Positions 41,608 through 51,344 of a stretch of 64,000 nucleotides of DNA are shown in pieces. Origin of the DNA: Frankiaceae bacterium (GTDB lineage: Bacteria; Actinomycetota; Actinomycetes; JAFAQI01); contig JAICMI010000003.1 of NCBI GenBank assembly GCA_025929315.1, positions 132 to 64,131 on the forward strand. Direction: 5' to 3'. The position numbers were made by a program, and so were the translations under genes. Each line of letters opens with the position of its first letter. Position 1 is the stretch's first letter. The notes under the pieces are model-generated. The model worked only from the letters and a program-made list of their open reading frames with translations, was not told the origin of the DNA and searched no databases.

Positions 41608-42564
41608 ATGCCCGCTGTCACCGTTGACGACATCACCACACTCGACCGCGTACCGGCTCCCGCGCCGGACGCGCGGCAGCGACGCGTTCGTTCGGTCACC
41701 ACCGCCCCGGGCGGTTTCGAAGGCGAGGGGTTCCCGGTGCGACGGGCCTTTGCCGGAGTCGACCTCGGGCTGCTCGATCCGTTCATCCATCTCGACCAGA
41801 TGGGTGAGGTCGACTATGCGCCGGGCGAGCCGAAGGGCACGCCGTGGCACCCGCACCGCGGGTTCGAGACCGTCACCTACCTCGTCGACGGCGTCTTCGA
41901 GCACCAGGACTCCAACGGCGGCGGCGGTCTCATCACCAACGGTGACACCCAGTGGATGACGGCCGGCCAGGGCATCCTGCACATCGAGAAGCCGCCGGAG
42001 GAGCTCGTCACGTCCGGCGGGTTGTTCCACGGCGTGCAGCTCTGGGTCAACCTGCCCAAGGCACAGAAGTGGGTGGAGCCGCGTTACCAGGATCTGCGCG
42101 GCAGCTCCGTCGTACTTCTCGGCTCATCCGACGGCGGCACACTCGTGCGCGTCATCGCCGGCGACATCGCCGATCACCGCGGTCCCGGGTCCACCTACAC
42201 ACCGATGACGATGCTGCACGCGACCGTCTCTTCCGGCGCCGAGATCACCTTGCCGTGGCGGGAGGACTTCAACGCTCTCGCCTACGTGCTCGCCGGCGAC
42301 GGCTACGCAGGTCCGGAGCGCAACCCGATCCACACCGGCCAGCTCGTCGTCTTCGGTCCGGGTCAAGCGCTCACCGTCAGCGCGAATGCGCAGCAGGAGA
42401 GCCGGCACCCCAACCTCGAAGTACTTTTCCTCGGCGGTCGCCCGATCCGCGAACCAGTCGCGTGGGGTGGCCCGTTCGTGATGAACACCAAGGCCGAGGT
42501 GCTGCAGGCGTTCGAGGATTTCCAAGCCGGCCGTCTCGGCGCAATCCCGGCGCAGCACAGCTGA
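41608..42564 (+). CDS. Pirin family protein
   Basis: 318 aa. Contains HPHRGFETVTYLVDGVFEHQDSNG and MTAGQGILHIEKP. It is the third pirin paralogue in the window. Confidence 0.9.
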   Translation: MPAVTVDDITTLDRVPAPAPDARQRRVRSVTTAPGGFEGEGFPVRRAFAGVDLGLLDPFIHLDQMGEVDYAPGEPKGTPWHPHRGFETVTYLVDGVFEHQDSNGGGGLITNGDTQWMTAGQGILHIEKPPEELVTSGGLFHGVQLWVNLPKAQKWVEPRYQDLRGSSVVLLGSSDGGTLVRVIAGDIADHRGPGSTYTPMTMLHATVSSGAEITLPWREDFNALAYVLAGDGYAGPERNPIHTGQLVVFGPGQALTVSANAQQESRHPNLEVLFLGGRPIREPVAWGGPFVMNTKAEVLQAFEDFQAGRLGAIPAQHS

Positions 42565-42566
42565 CG

Positions 42567-44987
42567 TCAGTCGCGTCCCAGCAACGCAGCCTGCACACCT
42601 GACTCGACGTCGTCGTAGGGCAACCCGCTCCCGACGAGGTCGACGCTGCGCAGCGCCGCACGCACGCTGTTGAGGTACGACGACGCCGCCGCGGACAGCG
42701 ACGCGCCGTCGGTGTAAAGCAGCGGGCCGCGAACGTTCGCCAACCGGAACGACGCCGAGAGGCCGGCGATCTTCTGAGCGCTGTTCACCACCACGACGTG
42801 TGCCGCTGTCCGGAAGAACCGCTGCGCGATCGACGCAGCGACGGCGACCGGATCAGCTCCGCTCACCGGGATCTGTTTCACGTCCTTGTGATGCCTGAGC
42901 CAGGCCGCGGTCTCGGGAGCCGGCGAGCCGTTCTGCGTCAGCAGAACGACGCCGTGCCTGCGAGCAGCCGCGGCACCTGCAACCCACGCCGATGTCGCGT
43001 CGGCGACGTCAACCTCGAACGCGGTCCTGACCTGGCGGGCCTTGGCGACCGTCCGCGCAACTGACCGGGCAACAGCGGCAGGCGTAGCGCCGTCGCGACG
43101 TACGACTCGGTAGCCCAAGTCGTGCAGCGACGTGCGCACAGAGTCGCTGATGGCGGACGTCGCACCCAGCAGATAGACCGTGCCTCCTGCCGGTAGGACG
43201 CGTTGGATCTCGGTCGCCGTCGCATTCGGCAGCGAGCCGGGCCGCGTCAGCAGAACGGGCCCATGCAGAGCGCCTGCGAGCGGCGCTGCCGCGAACGCGT
43301 TGGCCAGCATGCCCTTCTGTCGCACCAGGACGACTCCGTGCGCCGCGCCGTTGCCGAAGGTAGCCGTCGACGTCGCGATCGCTGTCACCAGGCGAGATCC
43401 GCCCGCGATGCGATGCACCTTCGTCGTGACCGTCGAGGCAGGACCACGGCCGGAGCGGCTGAGAGCACTGACGCTGGCGGTGTATTCGACGCCCGGCTGC
43501 AGCCCGGAGACCGTCGCGGTGCGCGCATCTCTGCCGACCCTGGTCGACAGACCACCGGGCTGCAGGACGACGCGGTAGCCGCGTACGCCGGCAACACCCG
43601 TCCGTGCCGGCGGCGGCTGCCAACCGACCGTCGCGCTGTCGGCAGTCGTCTGCGCGGTGACCTCGGTCGGTGGACCCGGCGGCAGGATCACCTGGAACCA
43701 TTCGCTGCGAAGCCCGAACGCATAGCGGAACTCGGAGCCGGTGAGATCCACGGACCCGCTGGTTCCCTGCAGGGTCAACGTCGAGACCCGCCCGCCCCAC
43801 TGACCGTTCCCGTCCCGACCAGTCACGACGAGCGCTTGCAGCGTTCCGATCTGCGCGCCGTAGGCCTGTTGAATCAGCCGCGCCGACACCGAGCCTGCCC
43901 AGCTGTGTACGGAGCTCGGCACCAGCCCGTCGTATGGATCCTGTTGCGCCGGGAGATATGGCTGCCCGCCGTTGACGGTCCAACCGCCGTCCGACGACGA
44001 GAACTGCGTGAAGGCCGGATGCCCGTCGCCGTCGACCAGGATGTCGCCGGTCTGCGCGCTGGCGTCCTCAGTCGCTTTCACCGCCGCCGTCGTCGACGCG
44101 TACTCGTGCCCCTTCCCGCTGTAGACCTGGTCGCGCGTGTCGTCGTAGACGTCGTAGTAGTGCTTGTTCTTCGGATGCGCGATCTCGTACGACGCATAGG
44201 TGCGGGCCGCCACTGACTGAGCCTCGAGCGCAGCGGGTGCCCACGACGCGGGCATCTCACTCGGCACGACCGACAGAAGGTAGGAGTCGAGTGGCAGGAC
44301 GTTGACGACGTAGATGTGCGAGCCGGTGAACGCCGCCCGCAGCAACCCGCGATAGGCCGCCACTCCCGTGCTCCGCACGAGGTTGGTGGCGTTGCCGCCG
44401 TCGAAGCTGATGTTGCCGTCGAGCGGCTTGGACCAGGCCGGATCGCAGCCGTCAACGGTCGGCCGAGCAGTCCAGGTGTCACCGTCGGCGCTTGCCTGCA
44501 GCCGCAGTCGTGTCCCGTCGGCAGTGGAGACGACGCGTGCGCGCCACTGCGTCACCGATGTCTGTCCGTCATCGATCGAGTCGGGAAGGACGCAGTCAGG
44601 TACGCCGTCGACCGACGTCATCGCGGTGAGCTTCGCCGCGCCGCGCGGTGCGACGACAAGAGTCGTGGTCGAGGTGCTGTGCAGCAGCACCCGGACGTTG
44701 GTCGACAGCGGTGTGCCGGCGAGCGTGGTGTGCGGGTAGTAGAAGTCGACGATCTGCTGGTAGGTCAGGCCGCGGACCTTGGCCGCACCGTAGGCGCCGT
44801 ACTGCGACATCCCGTGCCCGTGGCCCCAGCCGTGACCGCGCAGCGTGAAGACGCCGTTCGGCGGCACGGGGAAGACCTGTCCCGTCCGCGCCCCGGCCGG
44901 GGCAGCGACGCCCAGGCCGAGCGCCCCGGCGACGACCGCCAGTGCAGCCACGACCGCAGTGCGCCGGACCGGGGACATGAGACTCAC
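42567..44987 (-). CDS. SpoIID/LytB-domain protein with FN3-like and C-terminal cell-wall-binding repeat region
   Basis: 806 aa with a signal peptide. The SpoIID core contains GHGHGMSQYGA and AQSVAARTYASYE ... DQVYSG. The C-terminal region shows repeated LLT...G...P patterns like putative cell-wall-binding repeats. Confidence 0.8.
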   Translation of the reverse strand: MSLMSPVRRTAVVAALAVVAGALGLGVAAPAGARTGQVFPVPPNGVFTLRGHGWGHGHGMSQYGAYGAAKVRGLTYQQIVDFYYPHTTLAGTPLSTNVRVLLHSTSTTTLVVAPRGAAKLTAMTSVDGVPDCVLPDSIDDGQTSVTQWRARVVSTADGTRLRLQASADGDTWTARPTVDGCDPAWSKPLDGNISFDGGNATNLVRSTGVAAYRGLLRAAFTGSHIYVVNVLPLDSYLLSVVPSEMPASWAPAALEAQSVAARTYASYEIAHPKNKHYYDVYDDTRDQVYSGKGHEYASTTAAVKATEDASAQTGDILVDGDGHPAFTQFSSSDGGWTVNGGQPYLPAQQDPYDGLVPSSVHSWAGSVSARLIQQAYGAQIGTLQALVVTGRDGNGQWGGRVSTLTLQGTSGSVDLTGSEFRYAFGLRSEWFQVILPPGPPTEVTAQTTADSATVGWQPPPARTGVAGVRGYRVVLQPGGLSTRVGRDARTATVSGLQPGVEYTASVSALSRSGRGPASTVTTKVHRIAGGSRLVTAIATSTATFGNGAAHGVVLVRQKGMLANAFAAAPLAGALHGPVLLTRPGSLPNATATEIQRVLPAGGTVYLLGATSAISDSVRTSLHDLGYRVVRRDGATPAAVARSVARTVAKARQVRTAFEVDVADATSAWVAGAAAARRHGVVLLTQNGSPAPETAAWLRHHKDVKQIPVSGADPVAVAASIAQRFFRTAAHVVVVNSAQKIAGLSASFRLANVRGPLLYTDGASLSAAASSYLNSVRAALRSVDLVGSGLPYDDVESGVQAALLGRD

Positions 44988-45111
44988 GGTACGAGGAATC
45001 GACCCGAATTCCGGTCATCTGAACCCTCTGAGGCCGATTCCGCGCATGGAAGGCTGCCTGAAACGACCCTTCAGGTAGGGGTGCCTAGCATGGTCCCGCG
45101 AGAGGAAGGCT

Positions 45112-46608
45112 GTGTCAGAGCCGGCGACGATGAGCTCAGGACCCGCGCCGGCAGCAGGCCGGACGCGGTTGCGTCGCGTGCTCACGTGGATCGCGCTGGG
45201 CCTGGCCGTCGTCCTGGTCGTCGCCGCAGCCGGGGGCTATCTCCTCTATCGGCACCTCAACGGCAACCTGGCGCACGCCCAGATCCTCGACGAACCCGGC
45301 CACAGCAAGCCCACTGCCGGCCTCGGCCACTCCGAGAACATCCTGCTGATGGGATCGGACACCCGAGACTTCGCCGGTGGCGCAAAGTTCGGGTCGGAGA
45401 TCGCCGGCGCGCGGTCGGACACGACGATCCTCGTGCACATCGGTGCAGATGGTCAGCACGCGACGCTGGTCAGCATCCCGCGTGACACCTACGCACACAT
45501 CCCGGCGTGCAAGACCGCCAACGGCGAGTCGTCGCCGCAATGGAACAAGTTCAATGTCGCGTTCACCATCGGCGGGCCGTCTTGCACCATCGCGCTGGTC
45601 GAGAACCTCACACATCTGCGCATCGACCACTTCGTCGTCGTCAACTTCGCCGGGTTCCAGCGCATGGTCGACGCGCTGAACGGCGTCAACGTGTGTCTCA
45701 CTCACCCGATCGACGACCCGGTGCGCACCAACCCCGTCACCGGCGGCAAGATCGGCAGTGGTCTCGTCATCAGCGCCGGCCGACACACCTTGGACGGCAA
45801 GCAGGCGCTCGGCTTCGTACGGTCCCGTTATGCAGTCGGTGACGGCAGCGACCTGGGGCGGATCAAGAACCAGCAGGTGTTCCTGTCATCGATGATTCGC
45901 AAGGCGACAAGCACCGGACTGATCCTGCACCCGTTCAGCCTCTACCACTTCCTGGACGCCGCCACGAAGTCGATCGAAACCGATCCGGGCTTCGGTCTGC
46001 CACAGCTCAAGAGCCTTGCCGGCAAGCTCCACGGGCTCAAGCCCGGCAAGGTCGGCCTGCTGACCGTTCCGCTGTCGAACCCCAACGCCTACGTGCCCAT
46101 CGGGGGCGTGCAGGCTTCGGTCGTCTACTGGGACAAGGCACGCGCCAAGGCGTTGTGGCAAGCGCTGCAGACCGACGGGCCGCTGCCCGGCACCGAGCTC
46201 AAGCCGAAGCCCACCCCCTCGCCGGGCGCTACGAAGCTGACGGTCCCACCGAGCCAGATCCACGTGCGCGTCCTCAACGGGACAGGCGAGGTCGGCATCG
46301 CACACAAGGTCGCGGACCAGCTGACCAGTCGAGGCTTCGTCATCGATGGCGTCGGTGACGCAGACAACGCGAACTACACGACCACAACCATCCGCTACGG
46401 CGTCGACCGCAACGAGTCGTCGCAGACACTGGCCGCATCCGTTCCCGGTGCCGACCGACAGCAGGATGGAACCCTCGGAACGACGCTCGAGCTCATCGTC
46501 GGGAGCAACTACAACGGCACCACGTCGGTGACGGTCAGCTCGCCCAACCCGACGCCGACTCCGTCATTGGACGTCGTCACCGCGGCAAAAGACCGATGTA
46601 CCGCCTGA
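45112..46608 (+). CDS. LytR-CpsA-Psr (LCP) family protein with LytR_C-like C-terminus
   Basis: 498 aa with an N-terminal TM helix. Contains NILLMGSDTRD, SDTTILVHI, LVSIPRDTY and RIDHFVVVNFAGF. The C-terminus has VRVLNGTGEVGIA. Confidence 0.9.
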   Translation: MSEPATMSSGPAPAAGRTRLRRVLTWIALGLAVVLVVAAAGGYLLYRHLNGNLAHAQILDEPGHSKPTAGLGHSENILLMGSDTRDFAGGAKFGSEIAGARSDTTILVHIGADGQHATLVSIPRDTYAHIPACKTANGESSPQWNKFNVAFTIGGPSCTIALVENLTHLRIDHFVVVNFAGFQRMVDALNGVNVCLTHPIDDPVRTNPVTGGKIGSGLVISAGRHTLDGKQALGFVRSRYAVGDGSDLGRIKNQQVFLSSMIRKATSTGLILHPFSLYHFLDAATKSIETDPGFGLPQLKSLAGKLHGLKPGKVGLLTVPLSNPNAYVPIGGVQASVVYWDKARAKALWQALQTDGPLPGTELKPKPTPSPGATKLTVPPSQIHVRVLNGTGEVGIAHKVADQLTSRGFVIDGVGDADNANYTTTTIRYGVDRNESSQTLAASVPGADRQQDGTLGTTLELIVGSNYNGTTSVTVSSPNPTPTPSLDVVTAAKDRCTA

Positions 46609-47572
46609 CAGTGGACAGAAAGCCAGCACCCCACGAGCCATGCATCGTCGGATAGATCAGCGGCAGCCACAGTGCCGCGCGGAGCGACAGGCCGCGCGCG
46701 GTGGCAACGCTGCCTGCAAGGACTCCGGCGAGATAGCCGGCAGGTATCAGCAGTCCCCAGAGCAACGGATGCACGGCGATGCCGACCACGCCCAGCAGCA
46801 GCCCGACGGCGAAGGCTACGAGCGCCGTAGGCGGTGCGAGATATCTCAGGTTGACGGTGTCCGGATGCTGACGCATCACCTCGCCCCGCCACTTGCCGTA
46901 GTTGAAGTACTGGCGCGCCAGCTGTTCGACCGACCCGCGGGGCCGGTAGGAGACCTTCAACGCCGGGGTGAACCAGATCAAGCCACCGGCCCGGCGCAGC
47001 CGGTAGTTCATCTCCCAGTCCTGCGCGCGGGTGAACACCTCGTCGTACCCGCCGACCGCGTCGAGTGCGCTGCGGCGGAAGACGCCGAGGTAGACGGTGT
47101 CGGCCGGACCCTCCTCGCCACCGACGTGGAACGGCGCGTTGCCGACGCCGAACCTGCTCGTCATGGCACGCGCGACCGCGCGCTCGAAGGGAGTGCGACC
47201 CTCGGCGCCCATGAGCCCGCCGACGTTGACCGCGCCGGTGCGCTCCAGCGCCTCGACCGCCACCCGCAGATAGTCGTCGGGCAGCTCGGCGTGCCCGTCG
47301 ACGCGGGCGACGACCGGGAACTTCGTCAGCGCGAGAGCTTTGTTCAGACCCTCGGGCGTGCGCCCGGACGGGTTGTCGACGCACTTCACCCGCGGATCCG
47401 TCGCCGCGAGCTCATGCGCCACCGCGTCAGTGGCATCTCGCGACGGGCCGAGTGCGATCACCAGCTCGATGTCGCCGGGGTAGTCCTGGTCGAGCACAGA
47501 GGCCACGGCGTCGCGAAGATGCCGCTCCTCGTTGAGGACCGTCAGCACCGCCGAAACACCTGGCCAATTCAT
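46577..47572 (-). CDS. Family 2 glycosyltransferase with C-terminal TM segments
   Basis: VSAVLTVLNEERHLRDAVASVLDQDYP and VDNPSGRTPEGLNKAL are present. Start placed at ATG 47572 (MNWPGV); the ORF-track start is 47641. The 3' end overlaps the convergent LCP gene by 32 nt. Confidence 0.85.
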   Translation of the reverse strand: MNWPGVSAVLTVLNEERHLRDAVASVLDQDYPGDIELVIALGPSRDATDAVAHELAATDPRVKCVDNPSGRTPEGLNKALALTKFPVVARVDGHAELPDDYLRVAVEALERTGAVNVGGLMGAEGRTPFERAVARAMTSRFGVGNAPFHVGGEEGPADTVYLGVFRRSALDAVGGYDEVFTRAQDWEMNYRLRRAGGLIWFTPALKVSYRPRGSVEQLARQYFNYGKWRGEVMRQHPDTVNLRYLAPPTALVAFAVGLLLGVVGIAVHPLLWGLLIPAGYLAGVLAGSVATARGLSLRAALWLPLIYPTMHGSWGAGFLSTVRRYIGLLPR

Positions 47573-47655
47573 GGCGTCGGCACGGTAACGCACGGGTATG
47601 CAGTCAGGCGTGGCGCAGCGCGCTACACACGTATGACTCACCTAGCCTGGTCGCC

Positions 47656-49212
47656 ATGACCGAGCCGGAAGACGGGAACGGTCCGGCTCCCGCTGAACGC
47701 CGCCTGCCGCCCGAACTGGACCCGCGCGGGCCGCGCCCGAGCGCGACTCGACCGAAGGGACCCGGGTCGGCGCGGCCGAAGACGGCGAAGTCGGCCAGGA
47801 GCCGGCGCAAGCGGATCCTCACATGGGTGGCCGCCATCGTGGCCGGCGTCGTGCTTGTCACATCCGTCACGAGCTGGGCCTTCCTTCAGCACCTGCTCAA
47901 CAACATCACGCACACCGACGTCTTCGGCGGACTCCAGGACCGGCCCGGCGGAGGTGTCAAGGGCGACCTCAACATCCTGCTCGTCGGGTCCGACTCGCGG
48001 TCCGGGCTGACCGACGCGCAGAAGAAGGAATTTCACGTGGGGCACGACGTCGGCCGGCGGTCCGACACGATGATCCTGCTGCACATCCCCCGTGGCGGAG
48101 GGCGCGCGGTCCTGGTCAGCCTGCCGCGCGACTCGCTCGTCACGATCCCCCGGCACAGGGACGCGTCCGGTCACTGGGTGCCTGCAGCGCAGAACAAGCT
48201 GAACACGTCCTACTCGTTCGGCGGACCGAAGCTGACCGTCAACACGATCGAATACAACACACACGTCCGCATCGACCATTACATCGAGGTCAACTTCCTC
48301 GGCTTCGTCAACATCGTCAACGCACTGGGGGGCGTCACGGTCTGCACGCCGACGCCGATCCACGATCCGGTGCACCGGCTGCCGACCGGTGGTTTCGGCG
48401 GCAGCGGTCTCGAGCTGCCCGCGGGCAAGAGCGAGCTCAACGGCGCGCGCGCCCTCGAGTACGTGCGCGCACGCGAGTTCGATCCCAGCGCCGACCTGGG
48501 CCGCATCCAACGGCAGCAGAAGTTCCTCGCCGCCATGATGCAAAAGGCGCAGAGCGCCGGACTGCTGATCAACCTGCCGCGGCTCTACAGCCTGATCGGC
48601 GCGGTCGGCAAGTCGCTCACCACCGACAACAACTTCGGGGTCAAGCAGCTGAAAGACCTCGCCAGCAACCTGCACAACATGTCGCCGGCGCATGTGGAGA
48701 TGTTGACCGTGCCGCTCGAACCCGGCAGCTTCAACATGGGCGCCATCGGCAACGTCGTGAAGTGGGACCCTGCCAAGTCCAAGCGGCTGTTCCACGACCT
48801 CACCGAGGACATCCCGCTCACCAAGCCGGGCAAGAAGTCCAAGGTCACGATCGCGCCGGGCAGCATCTCCGTCGAGGTCCTCAACTCGACGAGCAAGAAC
48901 GGGTTCGCCGCGACCGCCGCCGACGACCTGGCCCGGATGGGCTTCCGCATCTCGCGGACCGGCAACTCACCCAAGGGTTCGGATCCGTCCCACACCATCA
49001 TTCGCTATGGCCCGGAACGCGCCGACTCCGCCAAGACAGTTGCTGCGGCGATCCCGGGTGCGACGTTGAAGCTCGACTCGAGTTTCGGTTCAGGCCTGCA
49101 GGTGCAGCTGGGTTCCAACTACTCGGGCGTCCAGCCGGTGCATGTCGTCGCAGGCGGCCAGAGCGGCTCACTCGCCTCACCACGGACGGCAGCGCAGGAC
49201 ATCTGCACCTAG
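47656..49212 (+). CDS. LCP family protein (second copy) with LytR_C-like C-terminus
   Basis: 518 aa. Contains NILLVGSDSR, SDTMILLHI, LVSLPRDSL and RIDHYIEVNFLGF. The C-terminus has VEVLNSTSKNGFA. Confidence 0.9.
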   Translation: MTEPEDGNGPAPAERRLPPELDPRGPRPSATRPKGPGSARPKTAKSARSRRKRILTWVAAIVAGVVLVTSVTSWAFLQHLLNNITHTDVFGGLQDRPGGGVKGDLNILLVGSDSRSGLTDAQKKEFHVGHDVGRRSDTMILLHIPRGGGRAVLVSLPRDSLVTIPRHRDASGHWVPAAQNKLNTSYSFGGPKLTVNTIEYNTHVRIDHYIEVNFLGFVNIVNALGGVTVCTPTPIHDPVHRLPTGGFGGSGLELPAGKSELNGARALEYVRAREFDPSADLGRIQRQQKFLAAMMQKAQSAGLLINLPRLYSLIGAVGKSLTTDNNFGVKQLKDLASNLHNMSPAHVEMLTVPLEPGSFNMGAIGNVVKWDPAKSKRLFHDLTEDIPLTKPGKKSKVTIAPGSISVEVLNSTSKNGFAATAADDLARMGFRISRTGNSPKGSDPSHTIIRYGPERADSAKTVAAAIPGATLKLDSSFGSGLQVQLGSNYSGVQPVHVVAGGQSGSLASPRTAAQDICT

Positions 49213-49288
49213 ATGCCCATCCGACCTTCACGCCACATGTGCCGCGTTTCAGCCCGGGAACTGAAGCGTGTCGACATACCTTCGTGAC

Positions 49289-50344
49289 ATGGCCCGCACC
49301 ACCCGCACCGCTGTCGGCACTCTTGCTCTCGTCATGGCCGTGGTCGGCGCGCTGGCCGGCTGCAGCGGCGGACACAAAGACACTCCGACGACGCCGACTG
49401 CCGCCACGTCCTCCACCCCGACCCCGTCGGCGACCGTGGCACCCGTGGTGAAGACCTGCCCGCTGACGGGTCTGCCGCCGAAGTCCGGGCAGAGGGTCAA
49501 CAGGGTCGCGTTGGCCGTCAAGGTCGACAACGTCAGCGAGGCCCGTCCGCAGGCGGGACTCGACCATGCTGACGTCGTGTTCGAGGAGACCGTCGAGGGC
49601 GGCCTCACCCGGCTGATGGCGATCTTCCAGTGCGACTCGGCGACGACGGTCGGCCCGATCCGATCCGCGCGCACGAGCGACGGTGACATCCTGCGCCTGC
49701 TCGACGGCGCAGTGCTCGGATACTCCGGCTCCAACGACTCCGTCGGCGCCAGCCTCGCGGCAAACAGCGGCGCCGCGCTGATCTCGTGGGACCACACGCC
49801 GCAGTACTTCCACGTCGACCCGAGCCGGCCGGCGGTGCACAACGTCATGGGGTCGACCAAGACGCTGCTCGCGGCCGGCATGTCGCGCAACAAGAAGCTC
49901 AACGCACCGCGCCGGCTCTTCAGCTACGGCGACATCAAGCTTCCGGGCACGGCGATCAAGAACGCTGCGATGACATGGTCCTCGTCCGCCAACGCGTCGT
50001 GGCACCGCCACGGCAAGGTCTGGCAGCGGACGCAAAACGGCACAGCGGACGTCCTCGCCGACGGCCACCGCGTGACGGCGCACAACGTGGTGATCATGTC
50101 GATCGCGGTCGCCAACACCGGGCTCCACGACGTACTCGGCAACGCTTCGCCGGACGACGTGGTCACGGGCCACGGCAAGGTCTGGTTGCTCCGCGACGGA
50201 CACGTCTTCCGCGGCACCTGGAGCCGGCCGACCCGCGCCGACAAGATGGTGCTCAAGGACAAGCAGGGTCGGATCCTGCCGCTGACCCCCGGCAACACCT
50301 GGGTCGAGCTGTTGACCCGGCCGAGGACGCCCAGCTTCTCCTGA
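49289..50344 (+). CDS. DUF3048-like lipoprotein
   Basis: A lipobox is present (LAGCSGG). CPLTGL...RVALAVKVDNVSEARPQAGLDHADVVFEETVEGGLTRLMAIF is typical of DUF3048. Start at ATG 49289 (MARTTRT); 49268 is also possible. Confidence 0.8.
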   Translation: MARTTRTAVGTLALVMAVVGALAGCSGGHKDTPTTPTAATSSTPTPSATVAPVVKTCPLTGLPPKSGQRVNRVALAVKVDNVSEARPQAGLDHADVVFEETVEGGLTRLMAIFQCDSATTVGPIRSARTSDGDILRLLDGAVLGYSGSNDSVGASLAANSGAALISWDHTPQYFHVDPSRPAVHNVMGSTKTLLAAGMSRNKKLNAPRRLFSYGDIKLPGTAIKNAAMTWSSSANASWHRHGKVWQRTQNGTADVLADGHRVTAHNVVIMSIAVANTGLHDVLGNASPDDVVTGHGKVWLLRDGHVFRGTWSRPTRADKMVLKDKQGRILPLTPGNTWVELLTRPRTPSFS

Positions 50345-50371
50345 GATGTCCGGCTTGGACTCCGCCGGTCG

Positions 50372-50387
50372 AGTGACCTGGCTCACG
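50372..50387. promoter_or_regulatory. CRP-like palindrome AGTGA-N6-TCACG
   Basis: AGTGACCTGGCTCACG has a perfect GTGA-N6-TCAC core (8 of 10 against consensus). It lies 69-84 bp upstream of the SsgB-like ATG. Confidence 0.3.
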
Positions 50388-50455
50388 TGCCGTCACCCCC
50401 GCGCTCACGGCTCGTTGTTGCAGGTGTCCGAGCCGCACGCCCGCAGGAGCCGAAG

Positions 50456-50881
50456 ATGCTGCAGCACCCCGCCCGCACCATCACCACGCCATTGCCGTTG
50501 ATCGTCACGACCGGCACCGGCGAGGCCACTCTCGATGCCGAGCTGCGCTACGACCCGGCCGACCCCTTCGCGGTCTCGCTCGCGATCGGCGTCGAGTGCG
50601 GTGACCCGGTCGTCTGGATCTTCGCCCGCGACCTGCTCTCCGCCGGCGTCGGATCGCCGCAGGGTGAGGGCGACATCACGATCGAGCCCGACTTCGCCAG
50701 CGACATGGACTCCGACGAGCGGATGCTGCGCCTCACTCTCGCCACCGACTGCCTCGCCACCATGCTCGTCCCGTCCGGACCGGTGGTCGAGTTCCTGGTC
50801 GAGACGTTCACCGTCGTACCGACCGGTTCCGAGCTGGACCGGGTCGACCTCGACGCCGAGATCGCCGCGCTGCTGAGCTGA
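50456..50881 (+). CDS. ssgB: SsgA-family sporulation/cell-division protein (SsgB-like)
   Basis: 141 aa from ATG 50456 (RBS GCAGGAG). LRYDPADPFAVSLAIG...VVWIFARDLL...GEGDI aligns by eye with Streptomyces SsgB (LRYDTADPYAV...VEWVFARDLL...GTGDV). Confidence 0.8.
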   Translation: MLQHPARTITTPLPLIVTTGTGEATLDAELRYDPADPFAVSLAIGVECGDPVVWIFARDLLSAGVGSPQGEGDITIEPDFASDMDSDERMLRLTLATDCLATMLVPSGPVVEFLVETFTVVPTGSELDRVDLDAEIAALLS

Positions 50882-50888
50882 ACGCGAG

Positions 50889-51344
50889 CTAGAGGCGCTC
50901 GGCCTGATGACGCTCGGCGAGCTGCCGCACGTGCTTGGGCAGCCGGCCGGTCGCAAGGTCTCCGACGCTGACGTTCTCGAGCACCTCACGAAGGCTGCCG
51001 CGCACCGCCATCCAGACATCCCGTAGCGCTTCTGCCGGCCCCGGGTAGCTCAGCTGCGACAGGCTCAGGTCTCGCACGTTGGCCAACGGGCCGTCGACCA
51101 CCCGAATGACGTCGGCAAGGGCGATCTGTGCCGGTGGCCGGCTGAGCATGTAACCGCCGTCGCGACCCCGCACCGAGCGAACCAGTTGACCGTTGCGCAG
51201 CTCGCGCAAGATGCCGAGCAGGAAGTTGAGCGGGATGTCCTGCGCGTCGGCGATGTCCTCGGCCTTGACGGCGCCCGCGTCGTAGTGGCCGGCCAGCTCC
51301 GCCATCGCGCGGATGGCGTAGTCAGACTTCGCTGAGATGCGCAC
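50889..51344 (-). CDS. Rrf2-family transcriptional regulator
   Basis: 151 aa from GTG 51344 (VRISAKSDYAIRAMAELA...). The winged-HTH region is IPLNFLLGILRELRNGQLVRSVRGRDGGYML. It overlaps the upstream TauE gene end by 23 nt. Confidence 0.85.
   Translation of the reverse strand: MRISAKSDYAIRAMAELAGHYDAGAVKAEDIADAQDIPLNFLLGILRELRNGQLVRSVRGRDGGYMLSRPPAQIALADVIRVVDGPLANVRDLSLSQLSYPGPAEALRDVWMAVRGSLREVLENVSVGDLATGRLPKHVRQLAERHQAERL

Noticed and set aside
45000-45111. Possible riboswitch (for example ydaO/c-di-AMP type) in the SpoIID/LCP divergent gap; small hairpin CCTGAA-N7-TTCAGG.
   Set aside because: I could not recognise the conserved cores of any known riboswitch class. A 6-bp hairpin alone is not evidence. 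An Infernal/Rfam scan would be needed.
49213-49288. Short palindromes CACATGTG and TGTCGACA upstream of the DUF3048 gene.
   Set aside because: Isolated 8-bp palindromes are expected by chance, and there is no supporting context.
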